From assembly GCA_947313855.1 (NCBI GenBank), contig CAMZNS010000026.1:2141-66140 (forward strand): a DNA stretch of 64,000 bases, read 5' to 3'. The position numbers and the translations under genes were made by a program. Under the pieces are notes generated by a model. That model did no database searches and was not told where the DNA came from. It saw nothing but the letters and a program-made list of their open reading frames with translations. How positions within the stretch are numbered: position 1 is the stretch's first letter; each line of letters opens with the position of its first letter. Below, piece after piece: positions 1-9,341 of this stretch. Origin of the DNA: an uncultured Deferribacteraceae bacterium. GTDB lineage: Bacteria > Chrysiogenota > Deferribacteres > CAMZNJ01.

Positions 1-1
1 G

Positions 2-1888
2 GTTCGAGTTACGGTTAGTGCCATGCCTGATTTTGGCGACAACTCATCGGGCACCCTGATTGCTTCCCCCCGCGTTGATTCGTTCGAGATGTCTGTTGGT
101 TACTCCATGGTCGAGGGTGAGAATACCCTGTTCGCCAACTTAACATCCACAACCATCCCCACGCGTGCCCCCTACAACCACAATGCTTGCAACACAGGTG
201 CCGACTCCATAGCACGGTACCCGTTCTTCATCATCGGTGATATGGATATCGACGATGCAACTTTCGGCGTAAAGCGAACATACACCATGGGAGCGAAAGT
301 ACATGTAACTGAGCAAAATATGGCCATGGGTAGCGGTAGCGTAACAGTATTCTGCTACGACCTAGAAAACGGTGGTGCTCCTGAGGGCTCATCCCTTATC
401 CTTGACCTAGGTGCAAACGGGAAACGGGTGGTGGATATCCCCACAGAGAAGCCACGACAAATTAGATGGACGCAAGAGGCGTTCCTCTCCTTTGGGCTGT
501 CAAGGCGAGTGGACGCCGATGGCGACGGATACTACGACTACGCAACATACCCCATGGGGATTCTAACAACAACCCCCGACAATGCACGATTCAACATTGT
601 TGCAGGTGCGGTAGATAGTAGCGATCCGTTTAGCGTCGAAATAGTGGGGAACGAAGTGCGGGTCTACTTGGACAAAACCACCAGAATCGTGGATGTGCTA
701 AACAGCGATGGTAGCGTTAAGGTGGACGCCAACGGCAATCCCATTACCGAAGAGGTAGTTAAGTATCTACCCAAAGGGGCGGGACGGGAGGTAAGGCTCA
801 GCTTCATGGACAGCAGTGGGGCGATGGACAATGCTACAGTATTCCTTGGGGCTCTAGAAACGGAAAAGGAGGTTTCTGAGGGGAAGATAGACTCAGTAAC
901 CTACGACAGTGCCTGTTCGCCAAACACAACCATACACTTTGCCGCACTAGAGGTTGATCCTGCTTACACACACTATGTTCGCGTGTTGAATACGCCGCAA
1001 GGGGCGTTTGAGTTCCACGAGAGCACCGCCAGCATTGGCAGGATTACAGGGTGCAGTGAGGGGGAGAAGACAGAAGTCAACGTACTACTTGGACTAGACA
1101 TGACCACATGGATTATTACCAACACCAAGGTGCGGTGGGCAGGGGAACACTACATAGGGGGCACGGTAAGACGTGGTAGTGTGGAGAGGCGTTACTTCCT
1201 GAAAAGCCAAGTTGTAAACTACGACGTTGCTGGGAACAACAAAGGACCCATCGACGTTTCCGGCGGATCACTATCCTACAGACTGGAACGCGTAATGGGC
1301 TACTACACCTTCTCGGAAGTAAGCACAGGCACATCGGGGGTAAGGGTTGAATCATACTGCAGAGAGGATGGTGCCCTTGGAGACTGTGACGTGACTATCG
1401 GTGCGGACGAAAATTATCGTCAAGGGGTTGTGGTTATTCCGGAGCAAACAGTATTGTTCAAGCCGATGGTGGCAGAGATATCCGCCCAAGTCAACCTGAA
1501 CGGACATCTCAGCCAACCAACAACATACGTGCTCTACAACTACAAGCTAGAGGTATCAACCAGTAGCGACCCAAATGTTGGCGACGGAACCATTGTGGCT
1601 GGCTTGTACACCGACCTGTGTGCTAATTTGGGGGAGGGCACAATGGCTGTATTCACGGGGGTGCCAAAGGAGTTTGCATCGGCGATTACTGACAACGCAA
1701 ACAACCTCGTCGGGGTAACACGAAGGGAGAGTTATACGGGGCGAACCGATGGCGACATTGTGGCGTTCTGCTATGTGGCAGGTAGTGCGGTGCGTGGGAG
1801 TGTGTTGGAGGTTAAGGGGAACATGGATGTTAAGTCCGGCACGGGTGCACCAACTCAGGTAACGTTGGCGAAGGTGCAGGTGCCTTAG
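2..1888 (+). CDS. C-terminal part of a large beta-rich, probably secreted/surface protein of unknown function (5' end outside window)
   Basis: Frame is open from position 2 (VRVTVSA-MPDF...) to TAG at 1886-1888. It is G/T/V/D/S-rich with scattered Cys and has no recognisable catalytic motif. Confidence 0.7.
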   Translation, partial: VRVTVSAMPDFGDNSSGTLIASPRVDSFEMSVGYSMVEGENTLFANLTSTTIPTRAPYNHNACNTGADSIARYPFFIIGDMDIDDATFGVKRTYTMGAKVHVTEQNMAMGSGSVTVFCYDLENGGAPEGSSLILDLGANGKRVVDIPTEKPRQIRWTQEAFLSFGLSRRVDADGDGYYDYATYPMGILTTTPDNARFNIVAGAVDSSDPFSVEIVGNEVRVYLDKTTRIVDVLNSDGSVKVDANGNPITEEVVKYLPKGAGREVRLSFMDSSGAMDNATVFLGALETEKEVSEGKIDSVTYDSACSPNTTIHFAALEVDPAYTHYVRVLNTPQGAFEFHESTASIGRITGCSEGEKTEVNVLLGLDMTTWIITNTKVRWAGEHYIGGTVRRGSVERRYFLKSQVVNYDVAGNNKGPIDVSGGSLSYRLERVMGYYTFSEVSTGTSGVRVESYCREDGALGDCDVTIGADENYRQGVVVIPEQTVLFKPMVAEISAQVNLNGHLSQPTTYVLYNYKLEVSTSSDPNVGDGTIVAGLYTDLCANLGEGTMAVFTGVPKEFASAITDNANNLVGVTRRESYTGRTDGDIVAFCYVAGSAVRGSVLEVKGNMDVKSGTGAPTQVTLAKVQVP

Positions 1889-2070
1889 GCGAGGTGCGTG
1901 CGTGTTCCGCGGGGTGCGTGCGTGTGCGTGTGCGTGTGCGTTCCGCGAGGTGCGTGCGTGCGTGTGCGTGCGTGTGCGTGTGCGTGTGCGTTCCGCGAGG
2001 TGCGTGCGTGTGCGTGTGTGTTCCGCGAGGTGCGTGCGTGTGCGTGTGCGTGTGCGTTCCGCGAGGTGCG
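1889..2070. repeat. Intergenic compound repeat: TTCCGCG(A/G)GG anchor x5 separated by variable (GTGCGT)n tracts
   Basis: Read directly. It fills the gap between two convergent stop codons. Confidence 0.95.
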
Positions 2071-2085
2071 AGATCCGTACCCCCC

Positions 2086-3213
2086 TCAGACAAGGTTGTC
2101 TAGGCTGATGCGATCCCCCCGTTTCAGGGGTTTATTCGTTTGTCGTCCGAGTATGCTGTGGTAGTATTTGGGGTGCAGAGACAGTCCCGGTCTTACGATT
2201 GCTGTGTTGTGTGTTGAGATTGTTCCCCCCTTGGGTATGTCCTGCGAGATGTACACCGATCGCCCCCCCGTTTGTGCTGCTTCTTTGCCGTTCCATGGGT
2301 AGTCGTCATTTTCTTTGTAGTTTTGAGTTTTTGGTTCCGCCATGGTTTTGCGAACATTTCTGATTGCGTCAATGGTAGTTTTGAGTTCGTTTGGGTCCAG
2401 TGAGAACTGTGAATCGGCTGTTTGCATCGATCTGTCGAGTATTACATGTTTTTCGATAACCACTGCTCCGAGTGCTGTTGCGACCATGGGTGCGACCACG
2501 AGTTGTTGTTTGTCGGTGCTGTAGGAGTGGTCAGAGAGTCCTACTGGTGTGTGGAACTGTTGTTGTAGTTGTGAGATGTGGTTGAGTTGTAGTGTTTCGG
2601 GTGTTGCGGGGTAAGCCGATGTGCATTTCATCAGTATGATTTGGTAGTTGCCGGCTTTGTGGCAGATATTGATGGCACGTTGTATATCTTCGCTGTTGGC
2701 GATGCCTGTTGAGATGAGGATAGGTTTGCCTGTTTCGGCAACTTGTTTGATGAGTGTTAGGTGTCTGATTTCGTACGATGCGATTTTGTATGCGATAGCG
2801 TTGAGAGATTGTAGTAGTTCGACCCCTTGTTTGTCGAAAGGAGTTGAGAATATGTGTAGTTTTAGGTCTTTTGCGGCGTTGAATAGAGTTTGGTGCCATT
2901 CCCAAGGCATTGCGTTTTCTTTGAATAGTTGGTAGTAGGTTTTGCCGTCCCAGACGGAGTTTTGAGCAATGTGGAAGTCGTTGTTGTCCACATCGAGGGT
3001 GAGTGATTCGGCTTTGTATGTTTGTAGTTTGATTGCTTGTGCCCCGGCGTTTTTGATTTCACGCATGGTTTTTAGGGCTATGTCGAGGGATTGTTTGTGG
3101 TTGACGGATAGTTCGCCGATGAAGTAGACGTCGTGGTTTGAGCCTATGGGGGTGTTGCCGATTTTGAGGTTGTTGTGTAGTTGTTGTTGTGCCTCAGGGT
3201 ACTGTTGTGTCAT
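2086..3213 (-). CDS. pseI: Pseudaminic acid synthase (NeuB/PseI family)
   Basis: Motifs IGELSVNH, AIKLQTY, FSTPFD, YKIASYE, KCTSAYP, GLSDHS, IEKH and a C-terminal SAF-like domain (RPGLSLHP). Confidence 0.85.
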   Translation of the reverse strand: MTQQYPEAQQQLHNNLKIGNTPIGSNHDVYFIGELSVNHKQSLDIALKTMREIKNAGAQAIKLQTYKAESLTLDVDNNDFHIAQNSVWDGKTYYQLFKENAMPWEWHQTLFNAAKDLKLHIFSTPFDKQGVELLQSLNAIAYKIASYEIRHLTLIKQVAETGKPILISTGIANSEDIQRAINICHKAGNYQIILMKCTSAYPATPETLQLNHISQLQQQFHTPVGLSDHSYSTDKQQLVVAPMVATALGAVVIEKHVILDRSMQTADSQFSLDPNELKTTIDAIRNVRKTMAEPKTQNYKENDDYPWNGKEAAQTGGRSVYISQDIPKGGTISTHNTAIVRPGLSLHPKYYHSILGRQTNKPLKRGDRISLDNLV

Positions 3214-3240
3214 GGCATTACCCCCATGGTTCGGTTGTGT

Positions 3241-4314
3241 TTATTTTTTATTTTTGTTATCGAACCCTAGTAGGTTTTCGACAATATCGTTTGTGGTTTG
3301 TGTGGGCAGGGGAATGTATCCTAGTTTTAGGAGGTAGTCGTCGCCATTTTCGAAGCTCCATTTGAAGAAAGAGGCGATATTTTTGGCATCGGGTGAGTTT
3401 GCGTTAATGACAGCGTAGGTTGGTGTAACGATGGGCCATGTGTTGTCGCCGGGTAGGTTAACGAGCGATGCTTGGTAACCGTTAGCTTTGTCCCAGTTAG
3501 CGTTGGCTGCAGTTGCGGTGATGGTTTTTTTATTTGCTTTGACCTTGTGTCCATTTAGGTTAATGATTTGCGGTATGTCCATTTTGGATAGTTCGGCGAA
3601 GGATAGTTCGACGTATCCGATGCTGTTGCGGATTTTTTTAACTTGAGCGTTTACGCCTTCGTTCCCTTTGGCACCGACGCCTACAGGCCAAGGTATGACT
3701 TTGTCTTTGCCGTATTTATTTTTCCATAGTGATGATGTTGATGAGAGGTAGTCTGTGAAGGCGTACGTTGTACCGGAGCCGTCGGAGCGGTGTATGACAA
3801 CGATTGTTGCGTCAGGTAGTTTTAGGTTTGGGTTTAGGCTTGTGATGCTTTTGTCTTTCCAGTTGGTGATTTGTCCTGCATAGATGCGTGAGATGATGTC
3901 GCCGTTGAGGACGAGTTTGTTGCCGTCCACGCCTACAATATTGGCTACAATGACGATTGCTCCTGTGAGTGTGGGGAACTGTACGAATTTGTATTTTTGT
4001 AGTTCGTCGTTATTGAGGGGAGCGTCTGTTCCTGCGAAGGAGACTTCTCCAGAGATGATGGCGTTGATTCCGGCACTAGATCCGATGGATTGGTAGTTGA
4101 TTGTGTTTTTGGTTTCTTTTTTGTAGTAGTAGGCCCAGGTGGAGTATGCGGGGTATGCGAAGCTTGCACCGGCACCGTTGATGGTGTGTTTTTTCCCTGC
4201 GGCAGTTGCAGTTGCAGTTGTGAGTGTTAGGGTGAGTAGTGTTACGCTAAAGAGTAGCACGGGTATGATTAGTAGTCGTGTATTTATGGTGGTTAATATT
4301 TTCGTTGTGGTCAT
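3241..4314 (-). CDS. pstS: Phosphate ABC transporter substrate-binding protein
   Basis: Signal peptide, GAGASF, YQSIGS, HRSDGSGTT, GAKGNEGV, IGYVE, WPI; GGAGG RBS. Confidence 0.95.
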   Translation of the reverse strand: MTTTKILTTINTRLLIIPVLLFSVTLLTLTLTTATATAAGKKHTINGAGASFAYPAYSTWAYYYKKETKNTINYQSIGSSAGINAIISGEVSFAGTDAPLNNDELQKYKFVQFPTLTGAIVIVANIVGVDGNKLVLNGDIISRIYAGQITNWKDKSITSLNPNLKLPDATIVVIHRSDGSGTTYAFTDYLSSTSSLWKNKYGKDKVIPWPVGVGAKGNEGVNAQVKKIRNSIGYVELSFAELSKMDIPQIINLNGHKVKANKKTITATAANANWDKANGYQASLVNLPGDNTWPIVTPTYAVINANSPDAKNIASFFKWSFENGDDYLLKLGYIPLPTQTTNDIVENLLGFDNKNKK

Positions 4315-4337
4315 GTTTAGTCCTCCGACGTAAAATA

Positions 4338-4427
4338 GTTATAAATACTAGTTTTGCCTGTGTAAAGTCTCCCTTTGTTAGTTATTAATTTCACGCTTAA
4401 GTTAGGTGATAACGGTTGTTTTGTCAA
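4338..4427 (-). promoter_or_regulatory. Two candidate sigma70 promoters for pstS
   Basis: TTGACA-N17-TAACTT (4427-4399) and TTTACA-N17-TATAAC (4366-4338) on the minus strand. Confidence 0.45.
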
Positions 4428-7400
4428 GCATTAAAATTTGTATGTTTCTGTTTAGTGTTCGTGTTGGCGTTGGGTGTTAGTGTGACGTTGTGTGGTTCGA
4501 GTATGTCTGCAAGGGTTGTGATTAGTTTGGGTGAGATGTTGATTTTTTGTGTTAGGGTTTGAGTTGCGATTAGGGCTTTGGGTTGTTTGTTGTGTTTTTC
4601 TTTTGCCACCCTTAGGACTACTTTGGTGCGGCCGGTGTTGTTTGCGAGTAGTTTGTTTAGTTTGTTGAGAGTATTTTTCAGTTGTTGTTCGTTTGTTTGG
4701 CTGATGTTGATTGTGAGAGTGAGTTGTCGAGTATTTTGTATGATCCCCTCTTGTAGTGGGTAGATTGCGTTCGGTTTGAGAGTTGGTCGATCGTCGTTGG
4801 TTGCGACTTCGCCGTTGATGAAGATTAGTGTGTCCATGGTCATGAGTTGTTCGACAGCTTGGAAGAGTCCGGGGAATATGGGCATTGTGAGTTCAGTTGC
4901 CACGTCTTCGATTTTGATAATTGCCATTGGTTTTTTGTCTTTGCGGGTGAAGGTATTTTTGACTTCGGTGATAATCCCTGCGATGCCTACGTGTGTTCCG
5001 ACATTGATGTTGCCTAGTTGTTTTATGGGTGTTGCGACTTTGTTGAGTATGGTTAGGTATTCGCCTAGGGGGTGTCCTGTGAGGTAGATTCCGAGCGCTT
5101 CTTTCTCTTTGAGGAGTAGTTCGATGCGTGAGAATTCCACGTCGTCGCCGTAGTCGAAGTGGTCGATGAGCCCTCGTGTTTGTTGGTTATTGTTGTTGTT
5201 GTCGTTGTCGTTGTCGTTGTTGTCGTCGTTGTTGTCGTTGTTGTCGTCCATGGCGAACAGCATATCGAGACTGCTCCCTAGGTTTTTGATGTTGTTGTTT
5301 CGTCCTTGAGCCTCTTTCATGGCGTCGGGCAGAGCTTCCAGTAGTTGTTTACGTTTTTTCCCTGTCCAGTCAAAGCTCCCTGCTTTGATGAGTGATTCCA
5401 CCCCTTTTTTGTTAACTTTTTTGTTATCGATTCGGTTTAGGAAGTCCATGAAGGATAAGAAGTCGCCGTTTTGGTTCCGTTCGTTTTCGATATTTGTTAC
5501 GGAGTCCATTCCGATCCCTTTGATTCCTGCGAGTCCGAAAACGATGTTGCCATGGAGTGCAGAGAATTGTGCTTGTGATCTGTTAACGTTTGGTGGTAGA
5601 ACGTTGATGTTCATGGGTTTGCATGCGGCGATGAAGTAGGCGATTCGGTCGCTGTTGTTGATTGCGACGCTGAGTAGAGCGGTCATGTATTCGACGCTGT
5701 AGTTTGCTTTGAGGTATGCGGTTTGGTATGCGATGATTCCGTACGCAGCTGAGTGTGATTTGTTGAATCCGTATTCGGCGAATTTTTCCATGAGGTCGAA
5801 TATTTCGTTTGAGAGTTTCGGGTCGAACCCGAGTTTGATTGCACCGTCGATGTTGAGTTCGCTGTTACCGTGGATAAACATTTCGCGTTGTTTTGCCATC
5901 TCTTCGGCTTTTTTCTTTCCCATGGCACGTCTCAAGAGGTCGGCGGCACCGAGAGAGTATCCTGCGAGTCGTTGTGCAACTTGCATGACCTGTTCTTGGT
6001 AGACGATGATGCCGTAAGTTTCTTCGAGGAATTCTTTGAGTTCGGGTAGGTAGTATGTTGCTTCTTCTTGTCCGTGTTTTCGTCGGACGTAACTGTCGAG
6101 CATCCCTGAACCGATGGGTCCGGGTCGGTAGAGTGCGACAACGGCGACGATGTCGTTGATGTGAGTGGGTTTGAGTTTGCGGAGTAGTTGACGCATCCCT
6201 TCGCTTTCGAGTTGGAACACGCCACTTGTGTCCCCTTTGGTCATGAGTTCGTAGGTTTTGGCATCGTCGTAAGGTATGTTTGCGATGTTGAAGTTTGGTG
6301 TGTGTTTTTGAATGAGTTTGGCTGCAACGTCGATATTTGTGAGGTTTGCTAGTCCTAGGAAGTCGAATTTGATGAGTCCGATGGATTCGGCAGTATCTTT
6401 TTCGTATTGTGAGGCGGCCATGTCAGCGAGAATGTTTGAGCTGGAGGCAGAGGATCGTATTTTGGTGAGGGGGCAGTATTCGACTAGTGGTTTGTCGGCG
6501 ATGAGTACTCCAGCGGCGTGTGTGCCTGCTTGTCGGAAGAGTCCTTCGAGTTTGAGGGAGTGTTTGAGAAGTTCGTCGCCATGTTCTTCGTTTAGGAAGT
6601 CGTCTTCGAGGTTGGGTACCTCTTCGAGTGCACGAACGAGGGTCATTCCGGGTGCGACGGGGATTTTTTTGCTTAGTTTGTTGACCACGGTGAGGGGTAC
6701 ATCGAGTACGCGGCCCACATCGCGAATTATCCCTTTGGCGAGTAGTTTGGAGAATGTGACGATTTGTGTAACATTTTCGTTGCCGTACTTGTTGTAGACG
6801 TATTGAATGACGCGGTCACGCCCTTCGATGCAGAAGTCGATATCGAAGTCGGGCATAGAAGTTCGTTCGGGGTTAAGGAATCGTTCGAAGAGTAGTCCAA
6901 ACTTGATGGGGTCGACCTCTGTAATGCCCATGGAGTAGGCGATGAGTGATCCTGCCCCCGATCCTCTTCCGGGTCCAACAACAACGTCGTTCTCTTTCGA
7001 CCATTTGACGAAATCCCATACGATGAGGAAGTAGCCGACGAATCCTTTGTCGCGGATAATATCTGCTTCGAACTTGAGTCGGTCACGGTATTCTTGGTGT
7101 GTTTCGGGTGGGATATTGTCTTTGGTGAAGATATTTTCCAGTCCTTGTGTTGCTACTTGTAGGAAGAAGTCTTCTTGTGTGGATCCATCGGGAGTGGGGA
7201 AAGCTGGCAGGTGTAGGTTTCCGAATGTGAAGTCGACGGTGCATCGTTGTGCAATGGCGATGGTATTTTCCAGAGCTTGTGGGTGTGTTTTGCCGAAGCT
7301 TTGGTACATCTCTTGTGGTGATTTGACGTAGAGGGCGGTGCTGTGAGCCTCCATTTTGTTTGGGTCGTTGATTTTCGAGCCGGTTTGTATGCAAACGAGT

Positions 7401-8119
7401 ACGTTGTGCGAGTCGTGGTCGTCTTTGTCGAGGAAGTGGGCGTCGTTTGTTGCGACGAGCGGAATACCTGTTTCTTGTGAGATACGCACTATTTGTTCGT
7501 TGACTTCGTACTGTTCGGTTATACCGTTGTCTTGCATTTCGAGGAAGTAGTTTCCGTCGCCTAGGATTTCGTTGAAGTCTTTGGCACATTGTAGGGCAGC
7601 GTGGTAGTTGTTGTTGAGTAGGTGTTGCGGTATTTCGCCGCCCAAGCATCCTGAGAGTCCGATGAGTCCTTTGGCGTGTTGTTTGAGTACTTCGCGATCG
7701 ATTCGTGGTTTGTAGTAGAATCCTTCGAGTTGGGCGATGGTTGCGAGTTTTTGTAGGTTGATGAGTCCTTCGCCATTTTCGGCGAGTAGTCCCATGTGGT
7801 AGGAGTGTTTTTCGCCTCTGAGGTAGTTTGTTTTTGTTCTGCTGTCGGGTGCGATGTAGACTTCGCATCCGATAATGGGTTTGATGCCGGCGTTTTTCAT
7901 GGTTTTGTAGAAATCGATTACGCCGTACATTGTGCCATGGTCGGTGATGGCACATGCTTCCATCCCCATTTCGTTGAGTCGTTTGGCGAGTTTTTTGATA
8001 TTGATGGCACCGTCGAGGAAGGAGTATTGCGTGTGTAGGTGTAGGTGCACAAATTTGGTTTGGATGTTGTTGTCCAGAGTGTTGGTATCTGGTTCTGTGT
8101 TGTCTAGGTTGTTGTCCAT
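4424..8119 (-). CDS. dnaE: DNA polymerase III alpha subunit
   Basis: PHP FVHLHLHTQYS, GPGRGSGAGS, PDFDIDF, KFDFLGL, FNKSHSAAY and an OB fold. Confidence 0.98.
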   Translation of the reverse strand: MDNNLDNTEPDTNTLDNNIQTKFVHLHLHTQYSFLDGAINIKKLAKRLNEMGMEACAITDHGTMYGVIDFYKTMKNAGIKPIIGCEVYIAPDSRTKTNYLRGEKHSYHMGLLAENGEGLINLQKLATIAQLEGFYYKPRIDREVLKQHAKGLIGLSGCLGGEIPQHLLNNNYHAALQCAKDFNEILGDGNYFLEMQDNGITEQYEVNEQIVRISQETGIPLVATNDAHFLDKDDHDSHNVLVCIQTGSKINDPNKMEAHSTALYVKSPQEMYQSFGKTHPQALENTIAIAQRCTVDFTFGNLHLPAFPTPDGSTQEDFFLQVATQGLENIFTKDNIPPETHQEYRDRLKFEADIIRDKGFVGYFLIVWDFVKWSKENDVVVGPGRGSGAGSLIAYSMGITEVDPIKFGLLFERFLNPERTSMPDFDIDFCIEGRDRVIQYVYNKYGNENVTQIVTFSKLLAKGIIRDVGRVLDVPLTVVNKLSKKIPVAPGMTLVRALEEVPNLEDDFLNEEHGDELLKHSLKLEGLFRQAGTHAAGVLIADKPLVEYCPLTKIRSSASSSNILADMAASQYEKDTAESIGLIKFDFLGLANLTNIDVAAKLIQKHTPNFNIANIPYDDAKTYELMTKGDTSGVFQLESEGMRQLLRKLKPTHINDIVAVVALYRPGPIGSGMLDSYVRRKHGQEEATYYLPELKEFLEETYGIIVYQEQVMQVAQRLAGYSLGAADLLRRAMGKKKAEEMAKQREMFIHGNSELNIDGAIKLGFDPKLSNEIFDLMEKFAEYGFNKSHSAAYGIIAYQTAYLKANYSVEYMTALLSVAINNSDRIAYFIAACKPMNINVLPPNVNRSQAQFSALHGNIVFGLAGIKGIGMDSVTNIENERNQNGDFLSFMDFLNRIDNKKVNKKGVESLIKAGSFDWTGKKRKQLLEALPDAMKEAQGRNNNIKNLGSSLDMLFAMDDNNDNNDDNNDNDNDNNNNNQQTRGLIDHFDYGDDVEFSRIELLLKEKEALGIYLTGHPLGEYLTILNKVATPIKQLGNINVGTHVGIAGIITEVKNTFTRKDKKPMAIIKIEDVATELTMPIFPGLFQAVEQLMTMDTLIFINGEVATNDDRPTLKPNAIYPLQEGIIQNTRQLTLTINISQTNEQQLKNTLNKLNKLLANNTGRTKVVLRVAKEKHNKQPKALIATQTLTQKINISPKLITTLADILEPHNVTLTPNANTNTKQKHTNFNA
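5186..5248 (-). repeat. In-frame (AAC/GAC)n tract encoding a D/N linker in DnaE
   Basis: DDNNDNNDDNNDNDNDNNNNN. Confidence 0.9.
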
Positions 8120-8158
8120 GGTTTGTTGTTCCGTGTTGAGTTTGTTGTTAGTGCTGTT

Positions 8159-8806
8159 CTAGTGTTTTGGTTTGTTGCTAGCGTTGTTGGTTGTGTCTTT
8201 TGGTATTGGGTAGTCGTCTTCTTTGGCACGTTTTTTGATGGATTTGATAATTTTTTCACGACGAGAGTGTTCGAGTCGTTGTAGGAATAGAATTCCGTCG
8301 AGGTGGTCGTGTTCGTGTTGTAGTATTCGTGCTAGGAATCCGCCTGCGTAGATGGTGAAGGTTTTGCCTTCGAGGTTTTGTGCGGTGATGGACACGTATT
8401 CGGGTCGCATAACGTGTCCCCATTCGCCGGGTATGGAGAGGCATCCCTCTTCGAGTAGTATGTTTTCGGGTTGTTTGAGGTGGTTGTGTTTTTGTTGTTC
8501 GCAAGGGTAGCAGTGTTCGTCGTTGGTTGCGAGTTTGGGGTTATGTTGGAAGAATTCGTCGCATGAGGACACTGTGATTACGGGGTTGATGTAGTGTTTG
8601 ATGTCTTTGCGTTCACCACTTTCGCATGTGATGAATAGTCGCACGGGTGATCCGACTTGAATGGCGGCTAGTCCGGCACCGTTGTGGTGTTGGACAGTGT
8701 CTTCCATGTTTCGTGCTAGTGTGATGATATTGTTGTTGATGTGTGTGATGGTTTCAGATTTTTGTCTGAGTAGCGGGTCGGGGTAGTAGATAATCGGCAG
8801 AACCAT
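8159..8806 (-). CDS. def: Peptide deformylase
   Basis: GAGLAAIQVG, EGCLS, QHEHDHLDG. Confidence 0.96.
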   Translation of the reverse strand: MVLPIIYYPDPLLRQKSETITHINNNIITLARNMEDTVQHHNGAGLAAIQVGSPVRLFITCESGERKDIKHYINPVITVSSCDEFFQHNPKLATNDEHCYPCEQQKHNHLKQPENILLEEGCLSIPGEWGHVMRPEYVSITAQNLEGKTFTIYAGGFLARILQHEHDHLDGILFLQRLEHSRREKIIKSIKKRAKEDDYPIPKDTTNNASNKPKH

Positions 8807-8854
8807 GTTGTTTTCCTCGTTATTTCCCTTGTTATTTTTGAATGGTTGTGGTGT

Positions 8855-9307
8855 TTAGAGTTCTAGTTCGTAGAGTGTTAGGTATGATTTCATTGCGTTG
8901 TGGAATTTATCTCGCACTTTGGCGGAGTGTATCTGTTTGGCGAGGTTGTTTGCGAATCGCAGTTCCATGTCGAGTGGTTGACGTCGGGTGATATTTTCGG
9001 ATTCGGTGTATGTTGGTTGTTGTGTAGTTTCGGGCAGTGCTGGTAGGTAGACGAGTTTGAGTTGTTTGATATCGGGGTAGAATTTTTTTGCACGTTGAAT
9101 TAGGTCTTTTTCGAGGTACGGTAGTTCGGAGATGAGGTATTGGTGTCTCACGCCTATGAATAGTGTGGCGTTGTCGTATCGGTATGCGAAGGTGTCTTTG
9201 GTGAGTGTTGCCCCGGCGACACGATTCCACATACTCCATAGGGAGAGTGTTTGTTTGCACCATGAGTCTTCGCTAAGGATGTCGGATACGCGTGTCATGT
9301 TTGCCAT
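8855..9307 (-). CDS. DUF721/DciA-family protein
   Basis: W-x-x-VAG, TLFIGV and ISELPYLEKDLI...IKQLKL pattern; 150 aa; AGGAG RBS. Confidence 0.6.
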   Translation of the reverse strand: MANMTRVSDILSEDSWCKQTLSLWSMWNRVAGATLTKDTFAYRYDNATLFIGVRHQYLISELPYLEKDLIQRAKKFYPDIKQLKLVYLPALPETTQQPTYTESENITRRQPLDMELRFANNLAKQIHSAKVRDKFHNAMKSYLTLYELEL

Positions 9308-9341
9308 TGAGTTGTTGTTCTCCTGAGGTGTGTGTTGCGGT

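Noticed and set aside
1830..2164. Short ORFs (THTHTH, CVCVCV, RVRVRV)
   Set aside because: These are translations of a stop-free repeat with no RBS. The same applies to the ORFs at 49310-49693 and 63345-63769.
7083..7955. 290-aa alternate-frame ORF inside dnaE, and similar R/T/H/Q-rich shadow ORFs
   Set aside because: The T-poor sense strand suppresses stop codons in shifted frames, and the products have no protein-like features.
4424..8119. Intein in DnaE
   Set aside because: Length is near normal, the extra residues are D/N repeats, and there are no splicing motifs.
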